A stretch of DNA of 20,000 bases from an uncultured virus (IMG/VR IMGVR_UViG_3300025934_000016) (lineage: Duplodnaviria; Heunggongvirae; Uroviricota; Caudoviricetes): the IMG/VR virus record IMGVR_UViG_3300025934_000016. The stretch is one strand, 5' to 3'. Made by a program: the position numbers and the translations under genes. Each line of letters begins with the position of its first letter. Positions within the stretch are counted from its first letter, which is position 1. The notes beneath the pieces are model-generated. The model saw only the letters and a list, made by a program, of their open reading frames with translations. It searched no databases and was not told the DNA's origin. Shown here in pieces: positions 14,793-20,000 of the stretch.

Positions 14793-15434
14793 TCATGACG
14801 CCACGCGCACCAACCTAATTTTTTTTTGGCGTTCGCGTAGTGCTCGCTCGCGCTTGATCGCTAGAAATAACTTTTCCAACTCAGCATCGGTAAGATTCGA
14901 CAACATCCGAAATACCCGCTCAATGCGCCGTGGCGGTTCCGTTCGCTTATTGCCATGCAGCCGAAAATGACGGACACGCGGACCTAATGCTCGTTGATGC
15001 TTTACGCGATCGCCGGTCGCGCTCTTTACTTTCAATAACTTAGCCTCGCTTTCTTTAAACCCGAACGGCATAATCGGTCGCCCTGGAACAGCCGGATTCT
15101 CTGCTCTTACTTGCTCGATGCTACGGCGATACTCGTCGGTCCCGGTCTTTCGTTCATCCATCGCCTTATCGAGTTGCGCCTTAAACTTAATATCCCGTAT
15201 GCCATGAACCACGTCGTCGCGCTTGACGCCACACTGAGAGAGGAAATAATCAAACTCCCCAGGCAAAAAATGATAGACGCCGAGGTTGTCCTTGAAATCC
15301 ATCCACACTTTCGATTCCAGCAGTGACTTGACCAGATCGGACATACGAGTAAAGCCCAAATTAGCTATGTCCAGCGAAAACCGATGCACCTGCCGACCGT
15401 TCAAATCCAAACGGGTCACATTTTTAATCGTCAT
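14793..15434 (-). CDS. Hypothetical protein, partner of the HNH-helicase
   Basis: 213 aa, ATGA-coupled on both sides. Confidence 0.75.
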   Translation of the reverse strand: MTIKNVTRLDLNGRQVHRFSLDIANLGFTRMSDLVKSLLESKVWMDFKDNLGVYHFLPGEFDYFLSQCGVKRDDVVHGIRDIKFKAQLDKAMDERKTGTDEYRRSIEQVRAENPAVPGRPIMPFGFKESEAKLLKVKSATGDRVKHQRALGPRVRHFRLHGNKRTEPPRRIERVFRMLSNLTDAELEKLFLAIKRERALRERQKKIRLVRVAS

Positions 15435-17462
15435 GCTTCGGTCCTTTCTTCTTGTTCAAACTCCATGTAGGGCTGCAGCGGTTCATTGTGAGCTTGGCAG
15501 TGCTCGACGACTCGATCACGGACCCAGCTCCACAACAGTTTAAGTTTGTCATTGTCCGCCTGATCGCGTTCGCCATTGGGGATTCCCGCCGCTTCGTTCG
15601 CCTTGGCTTGAAACTGGCGCACGTCCTGAAACCGTGTTTCGTGGCCAATGTGGGCGACCATGTAGCGAGTCAGCTCGTTAATTCGAGCGCGATGAGCCAG
15701 GTTCACGTCACGAGGATTGGCGGGCATTGCGCTTAGCGGTTCGCCACGAGAATAAGTCCTCCAGGAGGGTGGCGGCCGGCGCGCGATCACCGCAATCCGC
15801 GGCGCGAAGGTTTGCGGAATACCGATATTCGCGCAAGCAGCCAGATAGTGATCCAGCTCCGGCGCTAAAACCTCGCCATCTTCCTGATCGAGGACATTGG
15901 CCGAAATGAGTTGAGGATCGGATAGACCCAAAAGCGAAAACACCGGCAAACGCTCGCCAAGACAACCACCACCACCGCTACCGCCGTCTATCTGTCGGTT
16001 CTCATCGAGCTCATGGAGCGTGGTCGCTAAAGCTGCGGCGAACACTTTGCGCAGCGGCTTAACGTCCGGGATTAGAATGTTCGCCGGTAACACCATTGGC
16101 ACGGCGCGTTCAACATCGGAGATACGCATGGCCCGCGCCATCATTTGAGTCACATAAAGCAGGGCTGTCACATTTGAGGCATAGGCAATGACGGAAATGT
16201 TCGGATCGTTAAACCCCTCGGTAATCATGTTGACGGCGACATAGGCAAGAGGGCTTTTTGATCCTTTGACGCGAAATAATTCCCTTTTCGCTGCTGTTTC
16301 GGATGAGACGATGCAGGCGGCAAAATCCTGGTTCATGATCGCGTTTATTTCGTCGGCCATAAGGCGAGCCGCCCTCTGGCTGTGCGCAATCACGAGCATT
16401 TTTAGCGGTGCGCGATAATCGATCGCCATCAGTTGGCGCTTGTGCAGCTTGATTGCGGCACTAAAGAAACCCCCGGCGCCACTCCCGATGAAATACAGCG
16501 CCCCGCAGTACAGCGTGCTGCTGGTCAACGTCGAGATCGGCAATTTGGCCGCTGATCTCCTCCTCTTTGCGCAGATCAATCAATCGCGCCTCGCCGCCAA
16601 ATACATACACATCGGGCGGGCGCAGTTCGAGCCGGATCAAGTCCGAGGTGGGAACCGAACAGTCGGCGATGGCCTGGATACTGCCATTTTCGATGTTCTG
16701 ATACCGTACTGTCGAAATGCGCCTGGACCCGCCCGACCGAAACAATGTCCCGGTGGAATTAAGAACCGCCTCGGCATGAAGCTCGTTTTTGAGAACGTCG
16801 CCAGCGCACATCCTCGCGGCTTTGCCCCAAGACAGGTTATCGCCAAGATGATGAACCTCATCAAACACTATGAGGGTGGCAATCCGCTTGAAATCCTCGG
16901 CATGAGCAAACGCCGATTGCGGCAGCGCCTGGTAGGTGTGGACCAGCCCTACGGTGTTCGGGTGCTCAATGTGGTTGTCTCGTGGCTGATCGTCCAAATG
17001 GATTTTTAAAACCTTTAGGTCATCGCACCATTGTTTGACCAGCGCGCAATTTGGAACAACGATCACCATGCGCTTGACGATTCCCAGATCGTACAATCGC
17101 TTGAACACCAAGCCTGCAAAGATTGTTTTTCCGGCTCCTGGCGCTGCGTGTAAAGTCGCAAACCCAGAGGCGTGCAGTACCGTGAGTATTTTTGGCAGTG
17201 ATTGGGCCTGCCAATCGCGTAGGATAATCTCTTTGAAGACCTCCTCGTCTTTCGCGCCGAGCTTGAGGTTACACTTGGCACATTGGGCGCGCATTTCGTC
17301 TATGGTAGTGGCGCCTCCGCTACTCCAGGCGATGCCATGCGCGCCGTGCCAGTCCGCACCGAGGTCATCGCCGCAGTTCTCGCACTTTCCTTGCGCGCGA
17401 GCGTACAGTAGGTTGGCCTCCTCTAGGGTCAATCGCCGCCGCCGATCACGGCCATAGTTCAT
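15431..17462 (-). pseudogene. HNH-like domain fused to SF2 (ResIII/DEAD-like) helicase, split by a single +1 frameshift (or sequence error)
   Basis: N-terminal CENC...H..H....GGATT....CAKCN; LRDWQ, APGAGKT, DEVHH, STGTLFRS in 16461..17462; MITEGFNDP and QMMARAMR in 15431..16579. Removing one base in the C5 run at 16470-16474 gives a continuous 676-aa ORF. Confidence 0.8.
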
Positions 17463-17818
17463 AAAATTCCTTTCTTGATCTCCCAGACCTCGATCACAGT
17501 CTCCTCTTCCTCCGCCCGCTCCTGGCTATAGCTGACCGCCGAGACGACATCGGGGTTATCATCGATAAGTAATCCGCCTTCTCGGAGTCCATCAATCGCG
17601 GCCTTACTGTATAACCCATCGGGGTCGATGGCCCGCCTGCGTCTCGAATGGAAGTGGATACGAAACTTCTGATCCACTTCTTTACGCGCATCCTCTGGTG
17701 AAGCGGCATCGCTAGTATCTGGTTCCAGGTCGGCAACCGAAACGGCAGCACGATCCGGACTCTTAAACTTTCTGAGGTGGGCGGCAACATCTTGTTCTGT
17801 CCACTGGTGGCGGGTCAT
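17459..17818 (-). CDS. RusA-like Holliday junction resolvase
   Basis: RRRRAIDPDGLYSKAAIDGLREGGLLIDD...ETVIEVWE matches the RusA catalytic D.D....K...D.L...G...DD pattern; ATGA-coupled start at 17818. Confidence 0.65.
   Translation of the reverse strand: MTRHQWTEQDVAAHLRKFKSPDRAAVSVADLEPDTSDAASPEDARKEVDQKFRIHFHSRRRRAIDPDGLYSKAAIDGLREGGLLIDDNPDVVSAVSYSQERAEEEETVIEVWEIKKGIL
17494..17790 (-). CDS. Nested alternative-frame ORF inside the RusA-like gene
   Basis: 98 aa with ATG; IVLPFRLPTWNQILAM..HQR..KKWI looks protein-like. Confidence 0.35.
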   Translation of the reverse strand: MLPPTSESLRVRIVLPFRLPTWNQILAMPLHQRMRVKKWIRSFVSTSIRDAGGPSTPMGYTVRPRLMDSEKADYLSMITPMSSRRSAIARSGRRKRRL

Positions 17819-18015
17819 TCCCCACACCGGCGCTTCGCATACACTTCCTCGACTACTCGACTCTCAATAAAATGCCCCGCCCTGATAGCCTGCAGGCCGC
17901 ACTGATAGCACGCCCGCGCTGGCATCCTGGGCGGGTCACTTCGGTAGAGCACATAGTAGATGAATTCCGGCTCATCACAGCTTTCACAGCTCAAGAAACT
18001 CTCCCATCCAACCAT
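17815..18015 (-). CDS. Small Zn-ribbon protein
   Basis: GGAGG RBS, ATG 18015; CESC...CYQC. Confidence 0.65.
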   Translation of the reverse strand: MVGWESFLSCESCDEPEFIYYVLYRSDPPRMPARACYQCGLQAIRAGHFIESRVVEEVYAKRRCGE

Positions 18016-18016
18016 T

Positions 18017-18241
18017 TCACTTAAGTCCTCCGATCCCTGCGTTGGAGACAATCTCCTTGATCGCCGCCACTTCGAGCTTTAGCTGCGCGATCTCTTGGTC
18101 CTTGGCGTTTATCGACTCCAGGCAGAGCTTGATATGATCCTCGACGGTTTTTCTAAACTCCTCTAGTGATTGCTGTTGCTGTTTGTCGTCCATGGATCCT
18201 CTCAAAACGTAATGGTCGTAAAATAGATCATTGTGCGACAC
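18017..18241 (-). CDS. Small coiled-coil protein
   Basis: 74 aa; KDQEIAQLKLEV heptads. Confidence 0.6.
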   Translation of the reverse strand: MSHNDLFYDHYVLRGSMDDKQQQQSLEEFRKTVEDHIKLCLESINAKDQEIAQLKLEVAAIKEIVSNAGIGGLK

Positions 18242-18278
18242 ACCATCCCCGTGCCTTTCTGCCTTTCAAAAAAGACTT

Positions 18279-19322
18279 TTACTTCACCTCACCGCCCATC
18301 ATTGCCGAGGCCATGTTGCGCTCGTGCAGGTATCGCTCGGCGTCAAACTTATCTCTCACTTCGCCCTGAAAGTTCCGATTACAGTGCATCAGCTCGCCGT
18401 TGGGTAGCCAGTAGCCGAGATCGCCGGTGTGATACTGGCCGTTACGAAACTTAGCCGCCGTCAGTTCGGGGTCGTCGTAATAGCCGTCCGACAGGTACGG
18501 CGAGCACACTCTAATTTCGTCGGGTTCGCTCTCGCTTGGCCCTGCCCAAATCTTAACGCCCCGGACCGGCCTACCCACTGGCATCCTACCCTCGCCTATC
18601 GGGTCGTCATGCTCCACTCGCTTGCGGCAAATGACTTGCGCCTCGGTTGCCGTGAAGCGATTGATAAAAGAACCGTTCGGGAAACAGAGCTTATATAGCT
18701 CGACATCTCCCCAGCGAACCATTTCGCCGCCCACATCGACAACCTTGACGGTTGGAAAGGTAAATATCCCCGCCACGAGCCAGCGATACGTTGTCGCCAG
18801 TGTCGGAAGGTAGGTTATCCCCTGCTCATTGACCCACATCCGAAGCGATACGTTTTTCGGTCCTGGGAACACGCACAGAGTCCCGCCACCCAAAAGCGTT
18901 AAAAGCATTTGTCGCCATGCCGCCATGCCCCAACGATGACTTCCGGTGCGGGTCTGTGGCCCTATCCCAAGGTCGCTAATATCGGTGTCGGCCTGAGCGA
19001 TTGCCGCCGCATGGCTTATCATCACGGTCTTACCCGCCCCCGTGGTTCCGCTCGTCGATTCCAGGTAGGCCACATCGGGCGAGATCTGTTTGACAACTGG
19101 GGCCGCTCGCCCCTCCAGCCACACTGGAATTTGCGCCTTCCAGCCGGCCATTGCGTTAATCGCCCAGAGCGGATTGGGCACGATGGAATTCATTGGCGAC
19201 GTTGCCAGCGTGTCGCTTTCGCGGTCGAGCTCGGCATAGGTCATTTCCGCGTTGCCGTAGCGCACCGCCACGCGCGAAGGATACTGGCGCACCACTTCCC
19301 TAAAACGCTCCTCGATCCTCAT
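18279..19322 (-). CDS. Truncated stand-alone adenylation (ANL/AMP-binding, NRPS A-domain-like) protein
   Basis: MTYAELD (A1), AYLESTSGTTGAGK (A3), GGE, NRFTATE (A5), GYYDDPELTAAKF (A6), YHTGDLG (A7). No C-terminal subdomain or A10 Lys motif. Confidence 0.88.
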   Translation of the reverse strand: MRIEERFREVVRQYPSRVAVRYGNAEMTYAELDRESDTLATSPMNSIVPNPLWAINAMAGWKAQIPVWLEGRAAPVVKQISPDVAYLESTSGTTGAGKTVMISHAAAIAQADTDISDLGIGPQTRTGSHRWGMAAWRQMLLTLLGGGTLCVFPGPKNVSLRMWVNEQGITYLPTLATTYRWLVAGIFTFPTVKVVDVGGEMVRWGDVELYKLCFPNGSFINRFTATEAQVICRKRVEHDDPIGEGRMPVGRPVRGVKIWAGPSESEPDEIRVCSPYLSDGYYDDPELTAAKFRNGQYHTGDLGYWLPNGELMHCNRNFQGEVRDKFDAERYLHERNMASAMMGGEVK

Positions 19323-19672
19323 TTCGGCACCTGTGAGGTGAGCGGGTCGTCACCTGCTGCTGTGCCAATCTTGAATTTGTCGTACTCAGGATTGTTAAGT
19401 ATCAGCCGATCCAGCGCGAGGTTGGCCTCGACCCTCGCCTTGGCGTTGTCATCCGGGGTCGCTTTGGCCAAAGCGATTGCCGCAATGCCGCGGATCTCGC
19501 TCCAATTCGCGGCAAACGCCGCCTGTTGGGATTGGGTGCCGACGAGCCGGATGTTGTCACGAATTATAAACGCCTGCGCCAGCTTGACCGCTTCCAGTAT
19601 CGCCATCAGGTAATCGGTCGCGGCCGCTATCTGCATATCCCCGGGTGGGGGCGGATTTTGGATAAAGCCCAT
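19319..19672 (-). CDS. Hypothetical helical protein coupled to the adenylation gene
   Basis: GGAGG RBS; 117 aa; ATGA overlap with 18279..19322. Confidence 0.75.
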   Translation of the reverse strand: MGFIQNPPPPGDMQIAAATDYLMAILEAVKLAQAFIIRDNIRLVGTQSQQAAFAANWSEIRGIAAIALAKATPDDNAKARVEANLALDRLILNNPEYDKFKIGTAAGDDPLTSQVPK

Positions 19673-19676
19673 TCGC

Positions 19677-19837
19677 TTAACCTCCCTCTTTGGTTTTAGG
19701 GTTGATATTACTCATCGGCTCCGCCTCATCCTTCCAGGTGTCCTTCAACGTCCAGTGGACTGCCTTCGCCACCACACCCAGGAACACCACCAGCGCAATC
19801 CACTCAACTGCGGCCAATACGTCCCACACTTTTTCAT
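19677..19837 (-). CDS. Small single-TM protein (start at GTG 19829, or ATG 19837 with a 1-nt indel in an A5 run)
   Basis: VWDVLAAVEWIALVVFLGVVAKAVHWTLKDTW...KEGG*. Confidence 0.5.
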
Positions 19838-20000
19838 CGCTTCACGTCCTTGCTCACGACAATCATGCGATCCAGCAACAAAAGCGCACTAGCCTGCAAA
19901 ACTTTCACGGTAGGCTGAAGTGCGACCCGTGCTGCGTCCCCTGCTGCGGCCCGTGCTGCGGCCCGTGCTGCGGCCCATGCTGCGACCCGTGCTGCGTCCC
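19834..20000 (-). CDS. 3' end of an Ala-rich tetrapeptide-repeat phage protein (partial)
   Basis: ...DAARVAAWAAARAAARAAAGDAARVALQPTVKVLQASALLLLDRMIVVSKDVKR*. Confidence 0.75.
   Translation of the reverse strand, partial: DAARVAAWAAARAAARAAAGDAARVALQPTVKVLQASALLLLDRMIVVSKDVKR
19921..20000. repeat. 12-bp tandem repeat (minus strand NGG GNC GCA GCA), at least 6 copies, continuing past the edge
   Basis: TGCTGCG(G/A/T)CCC(G/A/C) units seen directly. Confidence 0.9.

Larger units (their letters stand above)
1..20000 (-). mobile_element. Tailed phage/prophage genome segment (early accessory genes, packaging module, lysis-like genes)
   Basis: Terminase large and small subunit genes, two HNH homing endonucleases, RusA-like gene, tRNA, and dense co-oriented small ORFs with ATGA/TAATG overlaps. 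No host housekeeping genes. Confidence 0.93.

Noticed and set aside
16467..16474. GGGTTTC as a -1 programmed frameshift heptamer
   Set aside because: Joining the helicase halves needs a +1 (or -2) shift, not -1.
19921..20000. Tandem repeat as a CRISPR array or DGR variable region
   Set aside because: No spacers or cas genes. No reverse transcriptase or template repeat in the window, and adenines in GCA GCA are invariant.

Overview
A 20-kb segment of a tailed dsDNA phage or prophage, with almost all genes on the minus strand and many ATGA/TAATG couplings. Read right to left it holds: an Ala-rich repeat gene; a truncated, stand-alone NRPS-type adenylation-domain gene; a RusA-like resolvase with a nested second ORF; a frameshifted HNH-SF2 helicase fusion with a partner gene; a small HTH regulator with a leaderless promoter and two operator copies; and small early-type genes. 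Next come a non-canonical tRNA-Ala(UGC) and the packaging module (terS, free-standing HNH, terL with a LAGLIDADG intein). The left part has small genes, an oppositely oriented AT-richer cassette that looks IS1595-derived, a second HNH, an HExxE zincin-like gene and a holin-like gene. The most notable signals are: (i) an HNH gene ending in a synonymously recoded duplicate of its upstream neighbour's C-terminus, (ii) the phage-borne minimal adenylation domain, (iii) the transposase-deleted cassette, and (iv) a compensatory C19-G56 swap in the tRNA elbow. Family calls come from motif recognition only; no database search was run.
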